From positions 1 to 36,072 of the forward strand of contig JABABE010000119.1 of NCBI GenBank assembly GCA_014238395.1: DNA of 36,072 nt, read 5' to 3'. Shown one piece after another: positions 1 through 9,106 of this stretch; position 1 is the stretch's first letter, and the number at the start of each line of letters is the position of its first letter. This DNA comes from Candidatus Kaiserbacteria bacterium (lineage in GTDB: Bacteria; Patescibacteriota; Minisyncoccia; Phycocordibacterales; JABAAK01). Made by a program: the position numbers and the translations under genes. The notes under the pieces are model-generated. The model searched no databases, was not told the origin of the DNA, and was given only the letters and a program-made list of their open reading frames with translations.

Positions 1-1
1 A

Positions 2-853
2 CACCAAGAGTATCAATATTTAGACATTCTCTCAGAAATCATTAAAAACGGCACAGAAAGGACTGGCAGAAACGCTTCAACAAAATCATTGTTTGCAAAG
101 CAAATAAGATTTGATCTAAAAAAGGGGTTTCCAGCAATGACAACAAAAAAACTTGCATTTTCTTCTGTTGTCACTGAATTACTTTGGTTTATAAAAGGCC
201 CGACAAAAAATAATAGAATGGATGACAATGAATTAAAAAAAATATCTGGGAAAGAAAAAACCATATGGACAGCAAACGCAAATGCTGATTACTGGATAGA
301 CAAGGCACAGTTTGAAGGTGATTTAGGTAGGGTATATGGCTGCCAGTGGAGAGACTGGAGAGACTCTCAAAACAAAAAAGTTGACCAATTGGAAAATTTA
401 ATAAAGACATTAAAAACAAATCCTTACGACAGAAGGTTAGTAATAACTGCTTGGAATCCAGGAGAGATCAACGAGATGGCATTACCACCTTGTCATATGA
501 TTTTTCAATTTTTTGTAGATAGTAAAAACAATCTTTCAATACATATGTTGCAGAGAAGTTGTGACATGTTTTTAGGAGTTCCTTTTAATATAGCCAGCTA
601 TGCGCTTTTGCTCTCTATGGTCGCACAATGTGTAGGAATGAATGTTGGTGAGTGCATTTTAACTTTAAACGATGCACATATATATGATTCCCATATTAAA
701 CAGGTGCAGACACAATTAAAAAGAAAACCTTTTAATTTACCAACACTTTGGCTAAACCCTGAAATAAAAAATATAGATGATTTTACAATAGATGACATTA
801 AATTAATAAATTATAAATCGCACGACAGTATTTTTGCCAGAATGATTGTATGA
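2..853 (+). CDS. thyA: Thymidylate synthase ThyA (5' end cut by window edge)
   Basis: The ORF track starts at Met 89, but the same frame is open back to nt 2. It reads HQEYQYLDILSEIIKNGTERTGRNASTKSLFAKQIRFDL, a canonical ThyA N-terminus. Catalytic LPPCH, YGCQWRDW and DRR motifs are present. Stop TGA at 851-853. Confidence 0.93.
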   Translation, partial: HQEYQYLDILSEIIKNGTERTGRNASTKSLFAKQIRFDLKKGFPAMTTKKLAFSSVVTELLWFIKGPTKNNRMDDNELKKISGKEKTIWTANANADYWIDKAQFEGDLGRVYGCQWRDWRDSQNKKVDQLENLIKTLKTNPYDRRLVITAWNPGEINEMALPPCHMIFQFFVDSKNNLSIHMLQRSCDMFLGVPFNIASYALLLSMVAQCVGMNVGECILTLNDAHIYDSHIKQVQTQLKRKPFNLPTLWLNPEIKNIDDFTIDDIKLINYKSHDSIFARMIV

Positions 854-1368
854 GTTTTGTAAAAAATAAAAAAATATATGGATTGGTTGCATTTGAATCT
901 AATACTGGTGCAATGGGTAAAAAAGGTGAACTACCTTGGTATTTGCCGAGCGATCTAAAGCATTTTAAAAATCTAACAAAAAATCAAACTATTATAATGG
1001 GTAGAAAAACATTTGATTCAATATTAAATTCATATGGTAGTCCACTGCCACAAAGACAAAACATAGTCTTAAGTAAAAAAACAACTAATATTGATACTTA
1101 CAAAGATGTTCTTTTTGTAGATAATATAAAAAAAGCCTTGGAGAATTCAAAAAGTGAAACTATTTTTATAATAGGAGGTGGGGAAATATTCAAAGTATTT
1201 TCTAAGATTTTGTGTGGACTATATGCAACTATCTTAGATGTACACCAAACTGATAACGCAGACACCTTTTTTCCAATAAACATACTTGATCAATTTTCAA
1301 AAAAGGAGACAATAGGGGAGTTTTTTGAAAACAATATAAAATATCAAATAATTTTCTTTTATAAATAA
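850..1368 (+). CDS. folA: Dihydrofolate reductase
   Basis: GELPWYLPSDLKHFKNLT and IIMGRKTFDSI motifs, 172 aa. The ATG overlaps the thyA TGA (ATGA), the classic thyA-folA coupling. Confidence 0.9.
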   Translation: MSFVKNKKIYGLVAFESNTGAMGKKGELPWYLPSDLKHFKNLTKNQTIIMGRKTFDSILNSYGSPLPQRQNIVLSKKTTNIDTYKDVLFVDNIKKALENSKSETIFIIGGGEIFKVFSKILCGLYATILDVHQTDNADTFFPINILDQFSKKETIGEFFENNIKYQIIFFYK

Positions 1369-1586
1369 AAATTTATTTATATATAAAAATTTCTGCCACA
1401 AGGATAAAAATCAAAATGTTTGTAAAATTAATTACAAGAAAGAGTTTCTAAGTACAAAGTATTTTTTTATATTTGTACATTTTTTTTAAATAGGATTAGA
1501 AAAAGTTAAAGTAGTTTGTACAAGATTTATTGACTTATTTGATAAATACATTGCTGCTCAAGTCTTTTTTAGTATATATAATATAT

Positions 1587-1614
1587 GTGTCGCAAAAGGT
1601 ATCTTGTGCGACAC
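1587..1614. terminator. GC-rich hairpin in the convergent spacer; possible bidirectional terminator or protein-binding element
   Basis: GTGTCGCA (1587-1594) pairs with TGCGACAC (1607-1614), an 8-bp perfect stem with a 12-nt loop. It is the only GC-rich hairpin I found in an intergenic region, and lies 45 nt past the minus-strand M23 gene stop. There is no flanking U-tract on either strand, so it is not a canonical intrinsic terminator. Confidence 0.3.
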
Positions 1615-1658
1615 TGCGCATATTAACACTCTATTGTTCTTAATTATAGTGATTATTA

Positions 1659-3029
1659 TTAATCAAGAAAACACCCCTCTTTGTTTTGATATCTATTCTC
1701 CGGAAAGTAACAAATTGGGTTTAATTCGGCTCCAGAAGGCGCTACAGGGACATTAAAACCTCTACAGGCAGATCTACTCGATATATTACTATAAGGCACT
1801 ATTTTAAGTCCTGTGGTCAAAAAAAGACTAAAATGTAAGTGCGCAGCTATACTAACACCAGTATTGCCAGAATACCCTATAATTTCACCTCTTTTTACAG
1901 ATTGCCCTTCTCTAACTACAAATTTACTTAGATGACCATACAAACTAGATAGTCCATTACTATGGCCTATAATTACCCATTTTCCGTAACCACACCTTGA
2001 ATGGTAAGAACTCTCAGTAGTTTTTATTACCCCGTCTGCTGCTGCTAGTATTTTTCCATACTTTGTCCCAAAATCAACACCATTATGATGGCATTTTGAA
2101 TATATGCCAGATCTTTTTGCAAAACTGGTACATCCGTAGGATTGGGTTATTCTAGATGTTTCAGCTGGCCAAGATAAAAGCCCTTTCCTTTCTTTTGGTA
2201 TGGTTTTTGGATCAATTGCAAATTCAAGTGCTGATTCGTATTCATAAAGTTCTCTGTACAAATCTGTAGATTCATCAATTTTTTCTTTAAGTAGTTCTTG
2301 ATATTTACCTTCTTCGTTTTCTGTCTCTTTTAATAAAATTTTCTGATTATTAGTGATTATTTCAATAACTTTTTTACGATCGTCTAACTCCTTCTCAAGA
2401 ATAGAGAGTTTTTTCTTTTGTGAAATTACACTAGATTGATCTTTCTTTATACTGTTCCCTTTTAGTTTTAGAAGTTTGATAGTGTCTGATATTTTATTAT
2501 TTAATAATTCTGTCTGATGCAGTTTTCTTATAAAATCTAAAAAATTGTAACTCTCATGTACTAATAAATAATATATATTTTGATTTGCATTCTCGTTTTG
2601 TTTTTGTATTAATTTTATATATGTTCCCTTTAATTTTTCAGTGTCATTAAAATTATCAGATAAATTGTCTCCTAGCAACGAGAGTCTCAGGTTTGCCTTA
2701 TGTATATCATTGTTAACTTTGCTTACTTCAAGAGCTGCTTTTTTTAATGAGATACTTAATTCCCTTACTTCTTTTGCTAAGGATGATTTGGTTTGTCCAA
2801 CTTCCTCTAGTTCTTTGTTATATTTATCAATATCTTTTTGTATTTGAAATATTTTTTTATTTTGTGAAGATATCTCATCTTCCAGTCTGTCTATTTCAGA
2901 ATCGACTTCTATGACATTTGGATTATCACTAAACACAGGTATTACATTTTGTGGTGCTTGTATTTCTTGTGAGTAGACAACAAGTGGCACAAACAATAAA
3001 AATAGATATACATATACTTTTTTTATCAT
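1659..3029 (-). CDS. Secreted coiled-coil M23/LytM murein endopeptidase (EnvC-like architecture, active site intact)
   Basis: N-terminal signal-like MIKKVYVYLFLLFVPLVVYSQE. About 230 aa of heptad-like K/E/L-rich sequence follows. The C-terminal LytM domain has HHNGVDFG (HxxxD) and AAHLHFSLF (HxH). The start overlaps the gltX stop (ATGA). Confidence 0.85.
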   Translation of the reverse strand: MIKKVYVYLFLLFVPLVVYSQEIQAPQNVIPVFSDNPNVIEVDSEIDRLEDEISSQNKKIFQIQKDIDKYNKELEEVGQTKSSLAKEVRELSISLKKAALEVSKVNNDIHKANLRLSLLGDNLSDNFNDTEKLKGTYIKLIQKQNENANQNIYYLLVHESYNFLDFIRKLHQTELLNNKISDTIKLLKLKGNSIKKDQSSVISQKKKLSILEKELDDRKKVIEIITNNQKILLKETENEEGKYQELLKEKIDESTDLYRELYEYESALEFAIDPKTIPKERKGLLSWPAETSRITQSYGCTSFAKRSGIYSKCHHNGVDFGTKYGKILAAADGVIKTTESSYHSRCGYGKWVIIGHSNGLSSLYGHLSKFVVREGQSVKRGEIIGYSGNTGVSIAAHLHFSLFLTTGLKIVPYSNISSRSACRGFNVPVAPSGAELNPICYFPENRYQNKEGCFLD

Positions 3030-4390
3030 TTTTTAAGTATTTCAATAGAGACATTTAATCTTTTTATTGTTTCTTTTTTTCCAATTAAAGAAGCAATCAA
3101 AAAACCATCGATGCTCTTTTCTTTTCCTGATAATGAATATCGAAAAGGCCATAAAACTTCTCCTACCCCAACCTTGTCTGTATACATATAAATGTTATTT
3201 TTTAGACTTTCCACGGTAAAAGTATCCAAATCCCTTATTATTTCAACCAATTTTTTTAAATGAATAAGTGTGTCTTTTTTATTGGACTTCTTTTGAGAAA
3301 TTTTTTCTTCATCTTTATTTGTAGATTTAAACAAATAATCATACTCTTTGTTTTTCAAGGCATCTTTCATTTCAGTAAAAGTGTAATATCTCTCCTTTAA
3401 ATCTTTTAAAATTTCTTCAGTTATTTTTTTTCTTAAAATAGACTTTACTGGATATTTTTTAAATAAACAAAAAGATAAATGTGTTCTAAAATCAATGTAA
3501 CTGAGTTTTTTAATGTACTGCTTATTAAACCAACCAAGTTTTTTATTATCAAATGTTGCTGATCTTTTTTGTAGCTTATCTATATTAAAAAAATCTATTA
3601 GTTGATCCATATCTTTAATTTCATCTTTTGATTGGTTTTTTATGTTGTCTGTTTCACCCATCCCTAGAATGGACAAGTAATTCAAAAGTGCTTCTGGCAA
3701 ATAACCTGAATCTATATAATTTAATATAGAAGTATCTGATTTTCTTTTAGATAATTTTCCACCATCCGGTGAAATTATAAGTGGCAAGTGTGTGTACTTT
3801 GGTATTTTATAACCCAAAGCTTCAATCAATAAAATTTGTCTAGGTGTGTTTGATATATGATCATCACCTCTAATCACATCAGTTATTTCCATATCTTCAT
3901 CATCCACAACAACTGTCAAATGATATAACGGATCAGAAATCGATCTTGCGATAACAAAATCTCCTAATTCTGTCGTGTCAATTTTTATTTGACCCCGAAT
4001 TGTGTCTTGAAATTCTATAATTTTTTTATGATTTTTAAATCTAACAACTTTTACAAACTTTTTATTATTTTTTTTAGATTTTTCTTTTGAAATATATGCT
4101 TTCCCTTCTGCTATAAGCCTCTCTAATTCTTTTTTATATATTCCTGTTCTTTTTGATTGTACAAACAAAGCGTCCTCAAAAATTCCAAGCGCATGCATTG
4201 AATCCATCGCATTTTTAAAAAACTTTTTTTTACATCTTTTTGTGTCTGTATCCTCGATTCTTATAAAAAACTTACCCCCATTTTTTTTTGCATACAAATA
4301 GTTATATAGTGCTGTGCGAGCTGTCCCTATGTGCAAAGGACCTGTTGGCGATGGGGCTATTCTTGTATTTATTTTAGTATTATTTTTCAT
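3026..4390 (-). CDS. gltX: Glutamyl-tRNA synthetase
   Basis: RIAPSPTGPLHIGTARTALYNYLYAK (HIGH region), FIRIEDTD, DDHISNTPRQ and KLSKRK (KMSKS-like) motifs. 454 aa. Confidence 0.92.
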   Translation of the reverse strand: MKNNTKINTRIAPSPTGPLHIGTARTALYNYLYAKKNGGKFFIRIEDTDTKRCKKKFFKNAMDSMHALGIFEDALFVQSKRTGIYKKELERLIAEGKAYISKEKSKKNNKKFVKVVRFKNHKKIIEFQDTIRGQIKIDTTELGDFVIARSISDPLYHLTVVVDDEDMEITDVIRGDDHISNTPRQILLIEALGYKIPKYTHLPLIISPDGGKLSKRKSDTSILNYIDSGYLPEALLNYLSILGMGETDNIKNQSKDEIKDMDQLIDFFNIDKLQKRSATFDNKKLGWFNKQYIKKLSYIDFRTHLSFCLFKKYPVKSILRKKITEEILKDLKERYYTFTEMKDALKNKEYDYLFKSTNKDEEKISQKKSNKKDTLIHLKKLVEIIRDLDTFTVESLKNNIYMYTDKVGVGEVLWPFRYSLSGKEKSIDGFLIASLIGKKETIKRLNVSIEILKK

Positions 4391-5543
4391 GAGAAATAAG
4401 TATTGAAATCAAAGCCTCTGCAATGGTTTTTGTGGCATCTGGTTTATAGAAATTTGATGCCTCTTTTTTCTTTTCTGTTAAGAGACTTTCATTTAATAAA
4501 ATTGAATTTATTTGTGATAAAAGCAGACTTGGTGAAAGATTTTTACTTTCTATTACAACACCACCAGCTATTCTCGCGTATGCATAAGCGTTTGACCTTT
4601 GGTCTCTTGAAACTGATTCTGGTATTGGTATAACTATAGACGGTATTTTCCAATGAGATATCTCTGCGAGCGTATTTGATCCAGCTCTTGTTATTACGAG
4701 ATCAGTTGCAGAATATATTTTTTTCAATTCATATGTAGTTAAAAATGGTACAGGGTGATAATCTTCTGAATGTTTGTGGTTCTGTAAAACAGCATTCAAT
4801 TCTTTTAAAACTCCTTGATAATTATCTTTTCCAGTCTGATGGATTATTTGGAAATTTGGCAATAACTTATCAAGTGCATCCAAAACATTATCATTTATAT
4901 AGACAGCACCCGATGACCCACCTAAAATTAAAATAATTTTCTTTTTTTTATGTATTCCGAAAGGCATTTCTGTGTCATCATTATCTATATCATCATTATG
5001 ATTTAGTAATTCAGATCTGATTGGTATACCAACAAGAGATGTTTTTTTTAATTCTTCTTGTGAGAAAAACTTTTCTGCTTCAGGGAAAGCTATCCCAATA
5101 TACATAGCAAATTTTGCACAAGATAATGTAACTCTTCCAGGTACTGAATCTGAGTCATGCACAACTACTGGAATTTTTAAAAATTGAGCAGCTTTGCATA
5201 CCGGATAAGCAACAAAACCTCCTTTACTAAAAATTACATCTGGATAAACTTTGTACAAAACTACGAATGAATACAAAATACCAAAAGCAATTTTAAATAA
5301 ATCAAAAAAATTTAAAACTATCGATTTAATACTTTTGTCTACCCGTCTTTTACCAGCCGGACAATACAAAAAGTCTATCCCTAGATTACTCAGACTAGTC
5401 TTATCATATTTTTTATCTCCCATATAATATACAGACGGTGAAACCAATCTTTTCTGTCTAGCAATCTTTTCCACTTCCTCAGCAATGGCAATGAGTGGAT
5501 AAAAATGCCCTCCAGTTCCTCCTCCTGTTAAAACTATTTTCAT
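4380..5543 (-). CDS. murG: UDP-N-acetylglucosamine:lipid I GlcNAc transferase MurG
   Basis: MKIVLTGGGTGGHFYPLIAIAEE N-terminus. The C-terminal half reads ILGGSSGA ... TRAGSNTLAEI. 387 aa. Confidence 0.9.
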   Translation of the reverse strand: MKIVLTGGGTGGHFYPLIAIAEEVEKIARQKRLVSPSVYYMGDKKYDKTSLSNLGIDFLYCPAGKRRVDKSIKSIVLNFFDLFKIAFGILYSFVVLYKVYPDVIFSKGGFVAYPVCKAAQFLKIPVVVHDSDSVPGRVTLSCAKFAMYIGIAFPEAEKFFSQEELKKTSLVGIPIRSELLNHNDDIDNDDTEMPFGIHKKKKIILILGGSSGAVYINDNVLDALDKLLPNFQIIHQTGKDNYQGVLKELNAVLQNHKHSEDYHPVPFLTTYELKKIYSATDLVITRAGSNTLAEISHWKIPSIVIPIPESVSRDQRSNAYAYARIAGGVVIESKNLSPSLLLSQINSILLNESLLTEKKKEASNFYKPDATKTIAEALISILISHEK

Positions 5544-5568
5544 AATATTATTTTAACACCTTATTTAT

Positions 5569-6714
5569 TTATTCTTTTAATCTTTTAATTCTTATGGATT
5601 TACTTGAAATATTAAGAATAATTCCAATAGACATCATTGTAAACAAGATAATAGATCCACCTTTACTGAAAAAAACCAAAGGAATACCACTTGTGGGTGC
5701 ACCAAGTGTGACCAAAATATGAAAAAAAACCTGTGAAGTTATTATTGAAGTTAGTCCAATAACTATAAACATTCCCATTCTATCTTTTGTGGCTCTGGCA
5801 ATATTAGTAAATAGAAAAGACAAGATTAAAAACAAAAGAATGACAGTGGTTGTGCCGATAAAACCGAATTCTTCTCCCAAAAAAGCAAAAACCGAATCAG
5901 TAGAAATTTCTGGCAAATTCTTATTTTGTTTTTGTGCACTATGCGTAAAACCAGACCCATAGACACCTCCATAAGAAAGCGCTTTTAGATTATTTGTCTG
6001 GTGGTATAAGTCTCCCCTTCTATCTACTTCCGTTAAATTACCAGTCCATAATTTGTAAGTTGAATTAAAACGTTTTAATGCGTGAGGTGAAACAAAGACA
6101 ACACCCGAAAGTAAAATTACCACAAAGGCTGTGAACAGTATTTTAATTAACGTAGACACACTTCTAACACATATAAACAACAACCAAAGGGAAAAAATAA
6201 TAATAATAAGTGTCCCTAAATCAACTTGTTTATACAGAACGACAAGAATAGCAAATAAATACATAGAAAAATATGCTAAATATTTCCAATCATTTTTCTT
6301 TTCTGACATATATAAGAAATAAGCAGAAACTATGACAGACACAGGCTTAACAATTTCCGATGGTTGAAGGGTTGCAACTCCAATAGAAAACCACCTAAAC
6401 GCACCGCCCTTTGCTTCTCCAAAAAGGGCTAAATAAAGAATAACTGCAATAGTTGAAATGGACATAAGGACAATGACCCAGTTTTTCCTAAACCACCTGT
6501 AATCAAAAAACTTCCAAATTACAAAAAGAGATACCCAACCCAATACGATAGCAGACAATTGGATTAATATAGCAACAAGTATTCTGTATGATTCACCCAC
6601 TACAAATAATGATGTGTAGGAAGATAAAAAAACACCAAGACCAAAAAGTTGCAATGTGATAAGTAAAAAAATAATTGTTTTTACATTATTGTAATTTGTT
6701 ATAAAAAATTTCAA
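5569..6714 (-). CDS. ftsW: SEDS-family peptidoglycan polymerase (FtsW/RodA)
   Basis: Polytopic membrane protein of about 10 TM segments. It has QPSEIVKP and FSKGGSIIL motifs typical of FtsW/RodA/SpoVE, and sits between mraY and murG. Confidence 0.85.
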   Translation of the reverse strand: MKFFITNYNNVKTIIFLLITLQLFGLGVFLSSYTSLFVVGESYRILVAILIQLSAIVLGWVSLFVIWKFFDYRWFRKNWVIVLMSISTIAVILYLALFGEAKGGAFRWFSIGVATLQPSEIVKPVSVIVSAYFLYMSEKKNDWKYLAYFSMYLFAILVVLYKQVDLGTLIIIIFSLWLLFICVRSVSTLIKILFTAFVVILLSGVVFVSPHALKRFNSTYKLWTGNLTEVDRRGDLYHQTNNLKALSYGGVYGSGFTHSAQKQNKNLPEISTDSVFAFLGEEFGFIGTTTVILLFLILSFLFTNIARATKDRMGMFIVIGLTSIITSQVFFHILVTLGAPTSGIPLVFFSKGGSIILFTMMSIGIILNISSKSIRIKRLKE

Positions 6715-6729
6715 ACTAATTTATTAATT

Positions 6730-7776
6730 TTATATAAATACCAGTAAAATACCAATCATAGAAACTACAATAGAAATAACTCCATATCTAGAGACTACGG
6801 ACGCATCCGGCATTCCTCCAAGTTGAAATGTATGGTGTATTGGAGTTATTTTAAATAATGGTTTTTTAAAAACAAACCAGAAAAAATACTGCAAAACAAT
6901 AGTTGCTGTCGTCATAATCATTAAGAAGCCTGCAAACAATGAAAACGCTATTCCACCTGCACCCAGTGCAGATGAAAGAAACGATATTGATGCAAACAAA
7001 ACAAGTGCAGGCATAACACCAACTTCTCCCATATAGAATTTGGCTGGTGTAATATTAAACCAATGAAACCCAATCAGAGCTCCAACAAACGAAAAACATA
7101 TTATAGAAAGCGGCAATAAGGCTACATTAGAAAGAATTAAAAAAATACCTAAAAACAAAAAGGCAGATTTGTACACAGTAGATGCGAGTCCGTCTATGCC
7201 ATCAATAGGTGATGTAGAAATCCAACAAGTAAACCATAATGCAGACAAAACAGGCATCCACGAAGACACATTCCATACATAAGCATACTTGCCTATCCCT
7301 ATATTTAACGTTTCAAAGCCAAAACTATTCAAAGCCAGTCCAAACAAAAATCCAACAAGCATAAAAAATAAAAGTTTATATTTAAATGGTATCTCCTTTT
7401 TTTTTTGTTTGATATCCATCCAATCATCTAAAAACCCGAACAAAGAAGCAAGAACAAAAACTGCAAAAATTACAAAAATTACTTCATTTTTTGCAACATA
7501 ACTATACAGACCTAGTAGTATTATTGTAGGGACTACAAACGAAAACCCACCCATCCTTGGTGTTTTGTCGCCTTCCTCAATCTTTTTTTTTTGTATTTGA
7601 TTAAAAGGAACGGACTCCGCACCATCTAAAGTTATTTTTGTATTATCGACCCTCCACGTTTTTTTCAATACAAGTATTTTTATTAAATGTGGAGTAAACA
7701 ATAAAGTCAAAGCTAAGCTTGCAAAAAATGAAATTGGTATAAATAGTAGTGGATTACTAAGTACAACTGGATACAT
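6730..7776 (-). CDS. mraY: Phospho-N-acetylmuramoyl-pentapeptide transferase MraY
   Basis: Polytopic membrane protein. Motifs: KTPRMGG, LGFLDDW, DGIDGLA and HHTFQLGG. 348 aa. Confidence 0.9.
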   Translation of the reverse strand: MYPVVLSNPLLFIPISFFASLALTLLFTPHLIKILVLKKTWRVDNTKITLDGAESVPFNQIQKKKIEEGDKTPRMGGFSFVVPTIILLGLYSYVAKNEVIFVIFAVFVLASLFGFLDDWMDIKQKKKEIPFKYKLLFFMLVGFLFGLALNSFGFETLNIGIGKYAYVWNVSSWMPVLSALWFTCWISTSPIDGIDGLASTVYKSAFLFLGIFLILSNVALLPLSIICFSFVGALIGFHWFNITPAKFYMGEVGVMPALVLFASISFLSSALGAGGIAFSLFAGFLMIMTTATIVLQYFFWFVFKKPLFKITPIHHTFQLGGMPDASVVSRYGVISIVVSMIGILLVFI

Positions 7777-7833
7777 ATATCGGTTATACTAACACAAAGA
7801 AAAATAGTAAAATAGTAAAAATAATTATTTATT

Positions 7834-8418
7834 GTGAATAAACTTGTCTTTGATATAGAAACACAAAACACATTTCAAGACACTGGATCAAAAAAACCCG
7901 AGTCATTGTCTATATCAGTTGTAGCTATATATGATTATGAAAAAAACAAATATTTAGCCTTTTCTGAAAATGAATTGGATCAGCTGTGGCCATATATTGA
8001 TTCAGCAGATACTTTAATAGGCTTTAACTCAAACCACTTTGATATACCAATACTAAATAAATATTATAAATATGATTTAAAAAAGAAAAAAAGTATAGAC
8101 ATATTGGAAATGGTGAAAAACTCACTTGGAAGAAGATTGAAATTAGACTGGATAGCAAAAGGTACACTTGGTTACTGTAAATCAGGTCACGGGCTCGAAG
8201 CAATAGAATGGTGGAAAAATGGAGAAATTGATAAAATTAAAAAATATTGTATAGATGATGTAAAAATAACAAAAGAAGTTTTTGAATATGTTGTAAAAAA
8301 TCACTCATTAAAATATGAAGATTTTGGTAATACAAATGAAATTAAAATAGATACAACTCTATATATAGATTCCCCAAAGGATGATGAAATTAGCAATACT
8401 AGTTTAAATTTTCTATAA
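7834..8418 (+). CDS. Stand-alone DEDDy-type 3'-5' exonuclease (RNase H-like fold, PolB-exonuclease-like)
   Basis: GTG start. Exo I is FDIET (D7, E9). Exo II is GFNSNHFDIPIL (D70). Exo III is YCIDD (Y138-x3-D142). 194 aa, with no polymerase domain attached. Confidence 0.7.
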   Translation: MNKLVFDIETQNTFQDTGSKKPESLSISVVAIYDYEKNKYLAFSENELDQLWPYIDSADTLIGFNSNHFDIPILNKYYKYDLKKKKSIDILEMVKNSLGRRLKLDWIAKGTLGYCKSGHGLEAIEWWKNGEIDKIKKYCIDDVKITKEVFEYVVKNHSLKYEDFGNTNEIKIDTTLYIDSPKDDEISNTSLNFL

Positions 8419-8428
8419 TAGAATATAT

Positions 8429-9106
8429 ATGAAATATATCAATCATTTTCTAATAGTCTTCTCTGGACTTTTGATAGCTTTTCTTATTATCTATAAAGAT
8501 AGTAGAGAAAATTTTAAAATAAAGGATACAGAAATACCTTCACCAAAAAAAGCATTTTTTATTGAAGAATATGATATCATAATTGGAAACAAAGATGCTA
8601 ACTTTTTTTTAATAGAATATATTGACTTGCAATGTCCTTCATGTAAGGAATTTCACCCACACCTACATTCATTAATAGCTAGTAGATATGTTACATCTGG
8701 TGAAGTTGCTGTTGTAATAAGACATGGACCACATATAGACAGTTTGTCTACTGAAAAAGCATTAACTGCTGAATGTGTTAGAAAGCATTACGGAAATAAT
8801 AAATCCTTGTCTTTCATTGATCAGATTATCTTAGTTGTAGAAGAGGCGCAATATCCAACAAAAAGAATTGAAAAAATTTTTAATGATTTAGGAATTAATC
8901 TTGAAAAAATAAAACAATGTAAATCTATTACCGGTGACGTAAGAATTGAATTTGAGCAAAAAACAGAAGATATAATCAGAAGTCTACAAATAAGAAAAAC
9001 ACCTTACATACAAATACTGGACAATAACGGAACAGAATTGTATTCAGCATCAGGAGTACACACATTTGAGGAATTAGCAAGTCTTTTCTTTCAACTAATC
9101 AAATAG
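8429..9106 (+). CDS. Membrane-anchored DsbA/BdbD-like thiol:disulfide oxidoreductase
   Basis: N-terminal TM anchor (FLIVFSGLLIAFLIIY), then a thioredoxin-fold region with the CPSC active-site motif (DLQCPSCKEFHP). CPSC is the BdbD-type motif. 225 aa. Confidence 0.7.
   Translation: MKYINHFLIVFSGLLIAFLIIYKDSRENFKIKDTEIPSPKKAFFIEEYDIIIGNKDANFFLIEYIDLQCPSCKEFHPHLHSLIASRYVTSGEVAVVIRHGPHIDSLSTEKALTAECVRKHYGNNKSLSFIDQIILVVEEAQYPTKRIEKIFNDLGINLEKIKQCKSITGDVRIEFEQKTEDIIRSLQIRKTPYIQILDNNGTELYSASGVHTFEELASLFFQLIK

Noticed and set aside
1369-1658. Small ORFs in the long spacer. These include an 11-aa plus-strand ORF from 1416, and minus-strand ORFs of 28 aa from 1621, 21 aa from 1550 and 10 aa from 1480.
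   Set aside because: They are very short, have no motif, no convincing start context and no conservation evidence available. They are noted only as part of the spacer finding.
5495-5502. DnaA-box-like GTGGATAA, an 8/9 match to TGTGGATAA.
   Set aside because: It is a single copy inside the murG coding sequence. There is no cluster, no adjacent AT-rich unwinding element and no dnaA/dnaN context.
7802-7817. Direct repeat AAATAGTA x2 in the mraY/exonuclease divergent region.
   Set aside because: Two 8-nt A/T-rich copies are within chance expectation for this composition. It is mentioned only as a possible operator in the island finding.
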